Notes: generated from the sequence alone by a model not told the origin. DNA of 64,000 bases from Azolla caroliniana (GCA_043228905.1 JBHGNT010000017.1:15748001-15812000), one strand, 5' to 3'; counted from the stretch's first letter, positions 38,601 through 50,865 are shown. Numbers and translations: made by a program.

Positions 38601-41386
38601 TCCATCCGCTTTTCCTTGATAACAACAATAGGCAAAATCCCAAGGGACAACAAAGAAATAAGCATTCAAGGGATTTTCCCACACCCCTTTAAGTGGTTTC
38701 TTCAATACCCCAACATGTCCACCAAATGAATGACTTTAGATATTATATATTCATTGTACACAAAATGTATCCAACCATGGTTCATTTTGCAACCCCAAAG
38801 GTGCTTGTTTGGCCGATAAGAGTTTATTGAGGCCAAATAGAAGTTGAGAAGGAATATTGATCCTTACTTCATGCTTCATCTTTCATCCTTGATGCTTTAA
38901 TATATTTCCATCATGCGTGACGGTATCTCCTATGGTCTTTATACTTTTGTGAGAAAAACAAATATGCCTTCAAATTTGGCTAACAAGGTGTTAACTGTCA
39001 AAATAGCACTCTAATGGATTTTTTATTGCATCATAGAATTGCCTTGATTAGTTCTTTCCATGCCCATTTGCAATGCTCCATCATAATTTTCCGTCAATAG
39101 AAAAACTTGGTCCTAAACAAGCACTTGAAATGTGTTACATACTTGACATCCAAGAACATGTAAAAAGACATCTAATTGCAAAAACACCCTTTGTTAACTT
39201 CATATAAAGATGTCAAGAAGTAAAGTCAAATCCCCCCCCAAGACATGGGTAATGAGAATATAAGTCTCAATTGTATGTAGGGTATACATAGCTCCTAATA
39301 CCAATTGGAGTTGGAACACCCACAAAACTCGTTTTTCTACTAGAAGTAATGAGTGACCTCATGTTATTTCTATGTAAGGGGTTTTACTAAAATAACCATA
39401 AAAGCAAGATACAACAAAGGATATACCTCATTATATATTGCCATAAATGGGTCACTTTTATGAAACTCTAAAAGCATTGCTAATTTGTAAATTTTGTCAT
39501 TTGGGAGACACTAACCACCAACCAATGACCTTTACGATTGTGATGAGTTAAATTGGGTTGACAACTCTTTTCCATCCATAAGCAAAACTATAATTAAAAA
39601 TAAACACAAAAGGAGTGTAATACATCATGTAACTTCTCTAGAGGAAATCTTGCAACCATAAATCACACCAACTCATAGGGCCAAAATCTAGCATAACAAA
39701 AGTTATGCTAACAAATTATGTCAACTTGGCTAATAGAATTACATTAATAATTAGGCACTCGTATACAAATTATATCCCATAAATAAATTTCATTTTTAAA
39801 ACATAATGGTATAGCCCACAAATAATACATGTGATGCATTTGATGGGAGGAGCCATGAAATATAAGTGAATGTAGAAGAATCTCTTCAATATGACTTTAC
39901 TTCATACACAAGGACATATGCTCCTCCCCAACCACAAACAACGTTTAGCGCATTCAAGCCATGTTGCTACAAACAAGATATTGAATCAACATTAGTAAAT
40001 CTATAAACATATGAACCCTTGGCAAGGCTTTCTCCTGATCCAAGGAAATTTGAACACATCACCACTTGTAACTTGACATAACAATAAGTGAGATCATAAT
40101 CCTCGTGGTGGGGCCTTAAAGTTCTTTTCATAGTTGTTGCCAACCGAAGTCTTTCTCAAATCCTTTACACATTGATTTACGAGTCGAAGCAAACCTACAT
40201 CAACTAGTGGGGACAAAAACTTCTTTATGTCCATCTTTCTCACTAGCATTATTTGACTTTATTTATTTGCTTGGTTTACAACTTGCCCCACCATCTGCAA
40301 TTCCGTTTCTTTCACGATGGCTAAGGTCAGTTGAAGGAATTGTACTTTTGCATATGTCCAATTTCATCACATGCAAAACATGACCCAGATAAATTTTCTC
40401 TACTTAACCTTGCACAAACATTTTACCTTACCATCCCCATAATCAATCGTGGTCAAGGGAAGCATGGGCACGTTAATATCCCAAAGAGTGCAAAACTGAT
40501 TGATGTTGCCATCAAGGTGGGGTAAATAGAAGAGCTCTACCAATGAATAGTAAAAAGTGTGGAATGCAAATGTTTTAAATAGGGGGACAACATCTCTACA
40601 AAGGAGGAGGAAAGAGAACATTGTTATTACTCATAACAAGGTATGAGCTAAGTAGCAATAACGTTCTCTTGCCACTTCCTTTGTGCTTCTTGTTATGTCT
40701 TTTATTCTTGTTTTATCTTGCCTGTCACAAAGGCAATTGCATGTCACCTATGTAAATACAATGCATGTCCTCAGTATGTGTTTATGATATAAGTGCATGT
40801 CTTATATAAGCTAATGTTGGATTAGTTTCATCCATGACTCTATGAAGGAAATTTGTGATTGTTGTTGCTAATGCAAGCATTGGTTTCAATTTTAGGGAAT
40901 CTTCATGTTGCTTTCAGGCTTCTTCCGTTTGCCAAATGACATTCCAGATCCAATATGGAAGTACCCACTTCTATACATGAGTTTCGATTATTGGGCTTTG
41001 CAGGTAACATCATGTCAATATGGAAGTTATTTGTGAGTATCTAGTTGAACGAAATGTTATTTCCAACAAGTGTGTATGTTAACACTTTTTCTAATGGCCA
41101 GGGTCAATATCAAAATGATCTTCATGGCATGATCTTCAAAGATCAATATGGTCAAAACATCAGTGGTGATGAGGTATTGACTGAAATGTTTCAAATAGAC
41201 ACAAACAGGTCAAAGTGGTCGGACTTGAGTGTCATTATCTCAATGACGTTTATATATCGCATCATCTTCTTTGTTCTCATCAAACTTAATGAAGAGATAA
41301 TCCCATGGATGAGGGGCTACTTAGCCAAGAAAGCCTTGTCAAGGAAACGATTGTACATGTATAAGCATGGCAAAAACACATCATGA
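28637..41386 (+). CDS. ABCG (White-Brown complex) half-size ABC transporter, ABCG11/12/13/15-like; 11 coding exons, 745 aa predicted
   Basis: Exons 28637-28665, 28819-29386, 31565-31854, 33330-33501, 33892-34002, 34069-34188, 37191-37385, 37493-37579, 37682-37954, 40896-41003, 41102-41386. All introns GT-AG; the join is 2238 nt and open. Walker [10 protein letters not shown], signature ISGGERRR, Walker [19 protein letters not shown], then TMD ([19 protein letters not shown]). Confidence 0.93.
28819..29386 (+). CDS. ABCG exon 2 (N-terminal extension, Walker A)
   Basis: TGCAG acceptor, [14 protein letters not shown]|GTAA donor. Confidence 0.9.
31565..31854 (+). CDS. ABCG exon 3 (Q-loop, signature, Walker B)
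   Basis: [13 protein letters not shown]...[25 protein letters not shown]. Confidence 0.95.
33330..33501 (+). CDS. ABCG exon 4 (H-loop)
   Basis: [45 protein letters not shown]. Confidence 0.93.
33892..34002 (+). CDS. ABCG exon 5
   Basis: [28 protein letters not shown]. Confidence 0.92.
34069..34188 (+). CDS. ABCG exon 6 (linker)
   Basis: TGCAG acceptor, open 40 codons [24 protein letters not shown]|GTGAG donor. Confidence 0.8.
34900..36600 (-). mobile_element. Possible highly decayed LTR-retrotransposon remnant in ABCG intron 6
   Basis: PBS-like CCCCGATACTA near 36200 followed by a TGTAG...CTACA bounded segment (about 36219-36598); no intact protein motif recognised. Confidence 0.3.
37191..37385 (+). 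CDS. ABCG exon 7 (start of TMD)
   Basis: [35 protein letters not shown]. Confidence 0.92.
37493..37579 (+). CDS. ABCG exon 8
   Basis: [29 protein letters not shown]. Confidence 0.93.
37682..37954 (+). CDS. ABCG exon 9
   Basis: [13 protein letters not shown]...[15 protein letters not shown]. Confidence 0.94.
38050..40650 (-). mobile_element. Possible highly decayed Gypsy remnant in ABCG intron 9
   Basis: Minus-strand purine tract near 38213-38220 and an integrase-like K-A-D-G-Q trace near 38597-38612; otherwise eroded. Confidence 0.35.
40896..41003 (+). CDS. ABCG exon 10
   Basis: [36 protein letters not shown]. Confidence 0.94.
41102..41386 (+). CDS. ABCG exon 11 (terminal)
   Basis: [34 protein letters not shown]..stop. 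Confidence 0.92.
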   Translation, partial: GQYQNDLHGMIFKDQYGQNISGDEVLTEMFQIDTNRSKWSDLSVIISMTFIYRIIFFVLIKLNEEIIPWMRGYLAKKALSRKRLYMYKHGKNTS

Positions 41387-42116
41387 ATTAGCATTCCAAT
41401 AGCTAAGCCAATGGAATAAGCAAAGGAAGTGTCATATGAATTTATAAATAATTCCAACTCCATCAAGTTCAAAGAACTATGCATTGGTAGTATAGTTCCA
41501 TTATTACACTTGAAGCCTTGCATGTGTAATATCACTTTTTTAACATGTATATCATCATAAACTTCCATTTTGTATATTATGTGCAACATTTTGTTACATT
41601 CATGTACCAACAAAAAACAATTCTTTTATTTACAAAAAGTGTGGTTGTGGACGACTTCATTTCATATGAAATAAAAAAACTTGGAACCTAGTAGATCATT
41701 GAGTTTTTATATTATAAAATGTGCTTGCCATTGGTGTTCAAGTTTTCTTGTACCCAATTCTAACTACACATCGAGCCGTTTGTTTTTGAATCATGATTTA
41801 TACGTTCAAGTGGTAACCAAGCATTCAACATTGTATGGATGCAATAAAGAGTATACCATCATATGTCCACGTACATTCATACACCAACATTTGGGTGTTT
41901 TGATTGGTACCAAAAGGTATTGAGCCCAATACCCTCCATTATTTTTAAGTTTCAAAATGTCATATAGCAATATTTTAACCAATGTAAAAGAAGATGAAAA
42001 ATTGGAAGTTTTCGTTGGAATACATTTTAGTCAATCTTAAGAGATGAAGGTAGCTTTGTTTTGGTACAATAGGAACAACTTTATTCAAGCATACAAGTGC
42101 ACGGGTATAAATGCAG

Positions 42117-43672
42117 TGTTGGAGATAGGGTCGTCTAGAATGCGGAATAAAGAGAAACACTATGAGGTGAAGAATACCAAGATCATATACACTAACAAGA
42201 TGAACAGAGAACCTAAGAAAGAGAGAGAGAATATAGAGAGCCAAGAGAGGCACAAACAATACAAACTGTGTTATGCAAAACAAGAAACAACCTTCAATAA
42301 CATCAACAACACTATGAACTAGGTTACAAGGCCAATTATATACCAACTAGGTTAGGGCAACTACCCTTAGACATATTTACGTAAATGTCCTAAACCTAGT
42401 TTGTCAAAAGAGATAGTGTGAATACGACCATTATACATCCGTATTAGACACTCCCTTGTATGGGTGTATACGCTAAGGAGAGACTTGTAGTATGAGATAA
42501 GATATATAGGATGTACAAAGAGATGCTAGAGCAGATCGACTTATAGCCAAATCAATGATGACCAAATCAGCTGGTTCGACTACTGAATCCAGTTCGGCTA
42601 TCAAGGTCAATTGTCTAAAGTTGTCTCTGTTGTCCAACTCAATCGAATTGATTTCTCCTTAGGTCCATTTGGTGCTAAAGTGATTGAAATCAATCAATTG
42701 CGAGTCACTTGGTCATCTCATCTGATATGTTGTCGGCCATGGAGATCTTCTCGAGGCCGAGCTTCCTTGAAGTTATGTAGTCCTGAACGAAGTGGTATCA
42801 AATGTCGATGTGCTTGGAGGCGTTGTGATGAACTGCATTCTTCGACAAAGCGACAAAGCCCTAATGGTCGATGTAGAAAACTGGAGCCAAATTGGGATCG
42901 GCTTGTCAAAACATACATGCTAGCCGACCGAGCCATAGAGCCTCTTTTGCTGCGTCAAACACGGCTATGTATTTTGCCTTAGTCGTTGAAGTGGTTGTGC
43001 ATTCCTGAAGTTTTGACATCAACAAAATTACTCCATTGCCGAATTTGACGCAATATCTTGTTGTTGACTTTTGATTGTCCACACAATTGGCAAAGCCGAC
43101 CACACTTGGGCTCTCGTTCGGGCCAAAGAGGATTCCAAGGTTTTGTGTGCCCACTAGGTATCTAAACACATGCTTGACTGCATTCTAGTGTGATCAGCCA
43201 AGGTTGTGCATGAATCTGCTTACGACTCCTATGGCATGAGCAATGTCAGGCCATGCCGCGACCATTGTGTACAAGGGAGCCAACAGTTGATGCATATGGT
43301 ACCAACTTCATATCTTCCCCCTCTGGACTGTATGTAAGGTAGTCTCGGTGAGACAACTGAAGGTTAATGGGGAGTGGGGTCGAGGCAAATTTAACTGATT
43401 CCATGTTGAAGCATTCTATGACACGTGTAATGTAGTTTGCTTGAGACAAAAACAATTGTCACTAATTCCAGAGCCGACTAATCCTCATTTTGAGTATGTG
43501 TTGAGCATGACCTAGGTCCTTCATTGTGAACTTCAATCACAGTTGCCAAACAAGATCGGCAAGTTCTTTGGGATGCCGGCCGGAGAGAAGCATGTTGTCC
43601 ACATAGAGGATGAGGAAGATAGGGGACCCATCTTGAGTTGTTTTCGAGAAGAGGTCATGATCCTCATCACTC
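42117..43672 (-). mobile_element. Decayed Copia (Copia-D), same family as Copia-1: 3' LTR 42117-42450 plus RT/RNase H remnant
   Basis: LTR TGTTGGAGATAGGGTCGTCT...GTATTAGACA resembles the Copia-1 LTR; ORFs 42906..43169 and 43246..43455 align with Copia-1 RT-RH. Confidence 0.88.
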
Positions 43673-43740
43673 TCCGGTTGGTTAGGCCCACTTAGCCTGA
43701 TAAGCCTAAGCTCCAAAGTGGGTTCCGGACCAGATGCCAG

Positions 43741-44270
43741 TGTCGTGGAAATCTGTGTGCATGTGTAAGATCCGGGATGGGATCACCAGGGTCTTGGACA
43801 AGAGAGAGACAGAGGAGGAAGGACCAAGCTTCTTCGGTACCAGTTACGCCGACTGAGACACCGACCAGAGTGTTTCCGGTTTCCAGCCGGAGGCGACCGA
43901 ATGAGGGAGAGAGAGATAGGCGCTCACACACACACACACACACTCACTCACAGATCAAGTACACAAAAACCGGAAAGAAAGGAAAATATCTGACACAGAG
44001 AGATAGATAGGCATAAATTAATGTATATATATATATATATATACATGAATAACATGTTGCATATCCAACTTCGAGCCGGACCAAAACGGATTAGATACAA
44101 CGAGTGTTTGCAGTCAAGCCTCTAGTCGGGGAGCTAATGGGCTCGTTGTCACGAGTGGAGGCCTTGCATAGAAGACACAACAGAAAATTGGAACCCGCAG
44201 AGCCTACGAGCTTGAGCCAGACTAAACCCTAAACATCAAACACACTCTACAAAAATAAGATGGAACCCCT

Positions 44271-44335
<65 letters not shown>

Positions 44336-45445
44336 GCACAAAAATGGGGAACCCCTTTTACAAGGGACCCCTCCTTGCTTTTATAGTCCAAGGAGGGAAG
44401 GACATTACAATGTGGGATAGATATTGAACCTCTTTTTCAGAGGAAATATCTTGCCATGATTTCCGAGGAGGTACATTAAACACCCTTTGGGGTAGTTATG
44501 TACACCTTCTCACTAACTCCCGTGCATCTTAGCACCCCTTTACATTTCCTTTATTCCTATTTACATTTTCCTAACATACATGTGCACGTGTTGCACATTG
44601 TTGACTTTGCGCGTTCCATCTGGTTTTCTCACTGTAATCGGAAATCTTCACGATATCCACCCCAACCAAACCGTAGATCCACCGGAATGTGCCAAGGAAG
44701 GGAAAAGAAGATAAGAGATTTCCAACGATGGTGATTAACCGGGGCCTCCGCCGATCCGACACCCAACCGCTGTGTTGGTCACTACCGGTCCCAAACTGTC
44801 GACTCCCGGTTTGACCTCGTCCCCGGTCGGGAGCTCGTGTTCGTCATCGACCCTATCTCTCCACTTCGAGCTTGTCCAACGCCTCAACCCGAACCACCGG
44901 CTCCATCCGATCCACCATACTCGTTGGTGTTCGCCGATCCACCAGATCCGGTCCTCGCACTCATCTCTTTGGCCGGTCAGAGTAGATATCCCGAATGTTG
45001 ATGTTGACCCGACCTGTCTTCCTTCGTTCTCTGCGTATGAACTCTGACTGACCTTAGACCACTCCGACCGCCTATCAGATTCCATTCCTTATGCACCTCG
45101 CATGTGCTCGTTTTGACCCGACTACATCCTCGACTTGACACTGCAACGTGTTGTCCTTCTTCCTTCCTCGATCGCCTCCTACTAGTGTCGATCTCGTCCA
45201 GATATATGCTTGTCTCCAGACCCTCACACGGCCACATTGCACGTCTCCTGTCTCGTCCTTCTTTGTGTACCCCTTCGGTAAGGTACACTTCCTCCTTGAC
45301 ATCCGTCTCGGTCTCCTCCGGTTCGATGTCCTCCGTAGCCTCCGGTAACGTTGCTCTGCTCTGAGAAACACCCTTCTTATCCGAGCGGCCTGCATGGCCT
45401 CCGTCGTTCTCCGCGACACTTCGCTGTCATGTGATTTTTCACACA
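43741..45445 (-). mobile_element. LTR element E (3' portion): 3' LTR 43741-44655, extended PPT motif 44656-44693, no integrase upstream, Trp-rich coding segment
   Basis: LTR ends CACGACA on the minus strand with the shared U5 motif; PPT motif matches 14789-14826 and 62944-62982; ORF 44735..45085 shares WWIGW..WFG...W..SKWRD.VD with 62461..63030. Confidence 0.78.
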
Positions 45446-46395
45446 TGATAAGAAAAGTAATGAAATAATTATTTTAGGTTAGCTTAAATGGCTTAGTACG
45501 AAAGATGGACGTCTTCAAGAGCTTCCAAACACATTTTACTACATATGAAATAGATAACTAAGTATCAAGCTATGTGACTATGAAGTTTGAGAAGATGAGG
45601 GAAACAAAACTGTGAGATATCCCACATAGTTAGGACAACATCGGATCCAACAGTATATAAGCAAAGCCAAAACATATTACTTTATATTTTTGGATTTGGA
45701 GCATTGAATGACTAAGGTGAGCATGGTTGAATTGTGTGGATGGTTTGCTCGGAGCCGATTTTGGGTCGCGGCTTGATCGGCCACGACTCTGTCGGGGACA
45801 TACGTGTGCATGGCTCGGTCGTGAAGCAAGTCTCGGTCAGGATGTGTGCACGCATGGAGGCTTCCACAGCTCGGTTGGGGACGCTTGCGCACGGTTCGGT
45901 GGAGGCGTCCACAACTCGGTTGAGGACAAGCGCGAACGTTTCGGTGGAGGCGTCCATGGCTCGTTCGAGGACGTGCGCGCTCACGGAGGCATGCACGGTT
46001 CGGTGGGCGCCCACGGCTCGGTTGGGACGTGTGCGCGCACGGAGGCATCCACGGCTCGGTCAAGGAGGCATGCACTACTCGGTCGGGAACGTGCGCGCGC
46101 GTATTTGTTCGGTCGCGATGCACGGGCCAAACTTTAAGGATGATTGGATCATATTGCCGAATATACGGAACACATGCAACTGAAAAGTAAAGGCATGCAA
46201 CTAAAAGTAGAGGTCATGCAACTAAAAGTGGGGATGCAAAGGAACATCAAGGGCATGATCAACGAAGAACACCATATATATTCCACTCTCTTCTTTTCTC
46301 TTTCTTTTTCTTTTTCTTTGCTAATGAAAATTATCAAACTTTATCATTTCGATTAATTCTTAAAACATAAACGTACGAATCTAGTATCCTCTGGT
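45446..46395 (+). repeat. LTR-like repeat F with a GC-rich tandem array (about 45760-46125, unit about 33-35 bp)
   Basis: Abrupt composition change at TGATAAG; repeated GCACGGAGGC.TCCACGGCTCGGTTGGGACG units; TATATATT then pyrimidine tract near 46275. LTR identity is inferred. Confidence 0.5.
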
Positions 46396-46827
46396 CAGAG
46401 ATCCCGGGGTCCTGCCTCAAGTTCACGTGTCTTCGTCGTATTTTCGCGATATCTTTTTTGAACATGTTCGCGTTCACGAGTGGAAGGATCGCGCATAAAT
46501 GGAAGGATAAGGAAAATTTTGGTTGATTTTAGGGCTTTTTCAATGATTTTACAAAACACATTGATACCAGTATCATACATGTTCAAACATACTATGAAAA
46601 AGGTTAAACATCCACTATTTTCATGATTTAGAAGTAACTAAAAACAGAGGAATTTCAAAAAGTTACATTCTCAATTTATATCACAAACTTTGCAACCAAT
46701 GTTATTTTATAAGAAACGATTTTTAGAAATCATAAGAATTCAAAACACATGCTTTTATATTACTTGATTTGTTAGAAGCGGAATGTAGTTACACTTAATA
46801 GCCAAAAATACATTCATGATCACTCCT

Positions 46828-49613
46828 TTACGGAGAATCACTATTATAACTAATATACAATGACGATTCCTCCTCCTCATCCTCGGATGTACCAATTAGT
46901 GCATTATCTTCGTCATAAACCAAATGGTTTGACTCTAAATTATATGTAGCAGATCTCGTTTGCCTTTGACTCAAGCCACCTTGTAGACCTGGTAATTTTT
47001 CTTTTATTATATCTATTGTTGAGTTCCTTAATCGTCCGGCTTTTGTAACCGTGAAGTCGTACACGATGATATCCACATAAGAGATATCAAGGGTCGAGGT
47101 GTTACGAATGTTTCGCTTCCTCTTCCTACCTCCCCTTCTTGTTGGGCATTCAATCATCTCCAATGTATACTTACCTGTAAAAGCATTTGCACTTCTAGTG
47201 TTGTACCAATGAACATTTATAGACTTGATCGTGTTTTCTATTTCATGCATTAACACTTCTAGAATTTTACCAACCCAAATTGGTGGCCATGTGAGTTCTC
47301 ATTAGCCGGCGTTGCAATCAACATCCTCGCCGTGAGCTCTTGCAAATTGCCTTGCCATCTAGCTTCAATTGCTTTGGTCATCCTTGGTCCCACATAAATG
47401 TCTCTTTGTTGTGGATGGACCAAATTGTCATTAATCGCATTTGTTGGTTGCTCCGGAGTTTTATTTACACGATCATGTTGCAGCGACCATGTGAATGGTG
47501 TTTCCAAATTCCAATTATCACCAAATACACAATTGTCTATAATTCCTTTTTGATCCCTATAAAATACATCCCACCATGACGTGTCTTGTTGTGCGGCATA
47601 TTTCTTTGCGGCCTCAATATGCTTTCTTTTTTCTTCTAAGGCTTGGAGCCATAACCATTTTTGTTTCGATACCAAGTCACTTTGCAACTGTCCTTTCTTC
47701 TCAATTGGCATTTGCTTAGCTCCATGGACAATTGTACTTGGCATACAAAGTAATAACTGGCAACCACCTTCAGGTTCCCATGTTGTAGAAGATGAATATT
47801 GTTTACTATACAAAAGTGTAGAACCACTTATTTCATTTTTCTTTATCATAAAAATGTGATTGAAGCTTATATTGTTTAATTAGGCAATCACTTTAACATT
47901 CCCAAGACCCCCATCTGATATATATCTCTTAAAGTCATATACCTCCTTCAAGTGTAACACTTTTGGGCGTGGTGTATATGCATCACAAATGACATCAAAT
48001 AGTTTAGGTAATGTGAAAGCATCATGCCGAGACAACTGTCTGGAGAATGTGCTAAACATCTGATCTATATGATCATGTGTGTGGCCAACCAAAAGAAAAT
48101 TGACTTTCACTTTTCTAAACAATCCTTGGTTGACCAACATACTTAGATAGCCAAACACAGTTGAATTTTTGTTCTCTCTAGCAGTATTGTCCAATTGAAT
48201 GTATAGAACATGGGGGAAAGGTTGGCCCCAAGACATCAAAACTCGGTGAATCACTGTAACTGTTAGGTTAGGGTCATTGTGAACATTGGGGTATGTAATG
48301 AAGACGTGAGGTCAAACATACCTATTATAAGCCAAGCATCCCACCAAGTGCATTTGAACAAGGCACTCATCATTGACGTCTCTGGGGAGCCTTCGCATAT
48401 GCAGCAAACACGTCTTCTTCTGGTCCATGCCATCTATCATTAAGTACATGTATTGTTCGGGCCTCTTCAAACACTTCTCTCTATGATGCATCGCCTTCTT
48501 TCGTTCTAACGATTGTGCCTCACGATGCTCTTGTAGTAACTTCTTACTCATATCCTTTTCCATTGATGTCTTTGCACCTTTAGCCAAACTTTTAAGATTT
48601 GCACAAATGGAGCAATACCCCATGCGTACTTTACATGGAATGATAACATTTGAAAACCGAGCTCTCCATAATCTTGTGAATTGGCTATATGTGATAGACT
48701 CATTACATGAGCCCACCATATCAGATCGATAGACATCATAAACTTCCCAACGTGTGTAATTATCAGAGAGGTGCATCCTACCTGTAGTGGGCATTACTTC
48801 ACAATTTAACTGAAAGTAACTTTTCATCCAACCAATAGCATGTCTTCCAATTGCACCTTTTATACTTGGAACCTCTTTACAATTGAGCATCTGATCTCCG
48901 CTAAGTAGACGTTGTTGTACTATATGTAGCCGCATGTTACTAACACATAACACAATTTTGAATGCAACTCTACATATCTGTTGCACATGGAAGATATAAT
49001 ACTCGAATGATACTTTGATCCCCGTACATTTGTCAGACACTAGTTCTATATGTGACCCGAGGTAAGTGTCTCGCTCATCACCAGTCATCGAAAAATAGTA
49101 TCGCCTTAATTCTCACAACTTTGATTTTCCAATCAATGACATACAACCACGTGCACATCATATTTTTTTGACATCAAATCCAATCTGTTTATCTGATGTC
49201 ACCAAGTTAAATCTAGCCAGATGAATTCTTTGTGGGATTCTTCTAATATGCATAGGGCTTCTAGGTTTCTCTTCCTGCATAGAAGTTGGTGTAACCTTGT
49301 TACTATCCAATTCTTTGTTATGACCATCGCCCATGATATTCAATGTTTCCTTGGCACTACCTTCATTCTCCGAATCTTTATTAATATCGTATTCTTCAAT
49401 AGAGAACTCTTCACACGTGTCAATATTCACATTCGTTGTAGGTGAAGATGAACTTAGACAATATTCTTCGATAGAATATGGTGAGTCTGTCGACATACAA
49501 TATTCTTCAATAGAAAATGGCGAGTCTGTCGACAAACAATACTCTTCGGAAGAAAACGAAGAGTCTGATGACAAACAATATTCTTCAATCGAGAACGGTG
49601 AGTCTTCACTCAT
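46828..49613 (-). pseudogene. DDD-type transposase resembling the Sola1 group, about 930 codons, broken by stops and one frameshift
   Basis: ORFs 49158..49613, 48312..49088, 47880..48254 and 47259..47849 share one frame. Motifs CSIC, LMIDGMDQKKT, LYIQLDNTARENKN, FLLVGHTHDHIDQMFS. Confidence 0.75.
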
Positions 49614-49674
49614 GGCTTAAGGTCCACACAGAGCTCTTTAAGTTATGTGCTTAGGCTAAGGCAAAAAACTGATA

Positions 49675-49760
49675 AGCTCCTCTCTAAACATATACTCCTC
49701 TCTAAACATAAACTCCTCTCTAAACATAAACTCTCTAAACATAAACTCCTCTGTAAACAG
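49675..49760. repeat. Short tandem repeat, unit about 18-20 bp (AACTCCTCTCTAAACATA)
   Basis: Four to five imperfect copies upstream of the transposase start. Confidence 0.85.
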
Positions 49761-50314
49761 AAGCTCCCTCAATATAATGTCTATATAATTTAATATTATA
49801 TTAATACAATACATAAAGATATTATTCAACATATTAATATTAAACACATAAAGATATAATTGTATTCAACATATTAATAATTACTTAGTCTGTATAAAGT
49901 TAAATCAAGTATAATATAATTACAATCATTATGAAGCCATATATATGTTGGATTAAAGTTAAAATCATTGGTTAATTAATGGCACCCATATTTAATATAG
50001 AACTTCTCAGTCATTGGTTCATTCATGCCCAGATCTTTAATACAAAGCAATTAAGAGTCATAAAAATGTTGCTTTGAGTAATCAATCATTGGTTCATTCA
50101 TGAACCTCTATCATTGTTTCCTTCATGACCTTCAAAGTTATTGTATGTTATTTTGACTATAAAATAATCATCAATATGTTAGTTTGCTTTGTAATCATTG
50201 ATGCAATCATAAGTAACTCTGGTTAAAGTGACTATGATTACTAACTAACTAACCTCAAGCTTGCCAACCCTGGTTAAAGTGACTGTGGTTACTTTAACCA
50301 CTGTGGTCAATCCC

Positions 50315-50490
50315 TATAAATAGGAAAACCTCATCATATTTCAGTCACACGAAGCACAAGAGCACATAGAGCAAACAAAGCTAACAGAGCACATAGAGCA
50401 CGAAGCACAAAAGCGAGATCTCCGCCTAACCATCGACAAGATCAACCATGTCTTCAAAGAAAATCGTGCGCTAGGACTCCAGGTAAGCCT
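50315..50490 (+). promoter_or_regulatory. TATA box and putative first exon of a second, divergently transcribed gene of the DNA transposon
   Basis: CTATAAATAG near 50314, ACCATG with ATG at 50448, donor CAG|GTAAG at 50482/50483; the short frame now contains a TAG. Confidence 0.45.
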
Positions 50491-50530
50491 TTGACATAGT
50501 GGCCATTTTTGTAAATATATTTTAGCACTC

Positions 50531-50865
50531 AGGAACTCGATACGCCGTATCGAGTTCCTGTATAAAACACAAACTTTATACACGAACTCGATATAGCGTA
50601 TCGAGTTCTTGTTTGAAGTTTAGGATTTATACGTTGTATCGAGTTCCTGTATAATGTTTGTGTTTTGTATAGGAACTCGAGCGTATCGAGTTCCTGTGAG
50701 GAACTCGATACGCTGTATCGAGTTCTTGTATTATGTTTGCGTTTTAAACAGGAACTCGATACGACGTATTGAGTTCATGTACACAGTTTGTGTTTTTAAG
50801 AGGAACTCGATACACCGTATCGAGTTCTTGTATTATGTTCATGTTTATACAAGAACTCGATACGC
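50531..50865. repeat. Array of about 8 palindromic 29-bp units (AGGAACTCGATAC-NNN-GTATCGAGTTCYT) with mostly 20-22 bp AT-rich spacers
   Basis: Units near 50531, 50583, 50628 (half), 50671, 50699, 50750, 50801, 50851 (cut by the Gypsy-G LTR). Confidence 0.92.

Larger units (their letters stand above)
46398..50865 (-). mobile_element. Sola-like DNA transposon (left part); right end displaced beyond the window by Gypsy-G
   Basis: Long transposase pseudogene, divergent promoter and internal palindromic repeats. Left terminus only approximate; TIR and TSD cannot be confirmed. Confidence 0.6.

Noticed and set aside
45677-46183. Several overlapping 100-150 aa ORFs
   Set aside because: They arise from a GC-rich tandem repeat lacking stop codons.
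50531-50865. CRISPR array
   Set aside because: Spacers resemble each other, context is eukaryotic and no cas genes are present; kept as a palindrome array.
50862-50865. Target-sequence preference (ACGC here, GCGT at element I)
   Set aside because: The other two insertions of the lineage are flanked by TTGC and CCAG; likely coincidence.
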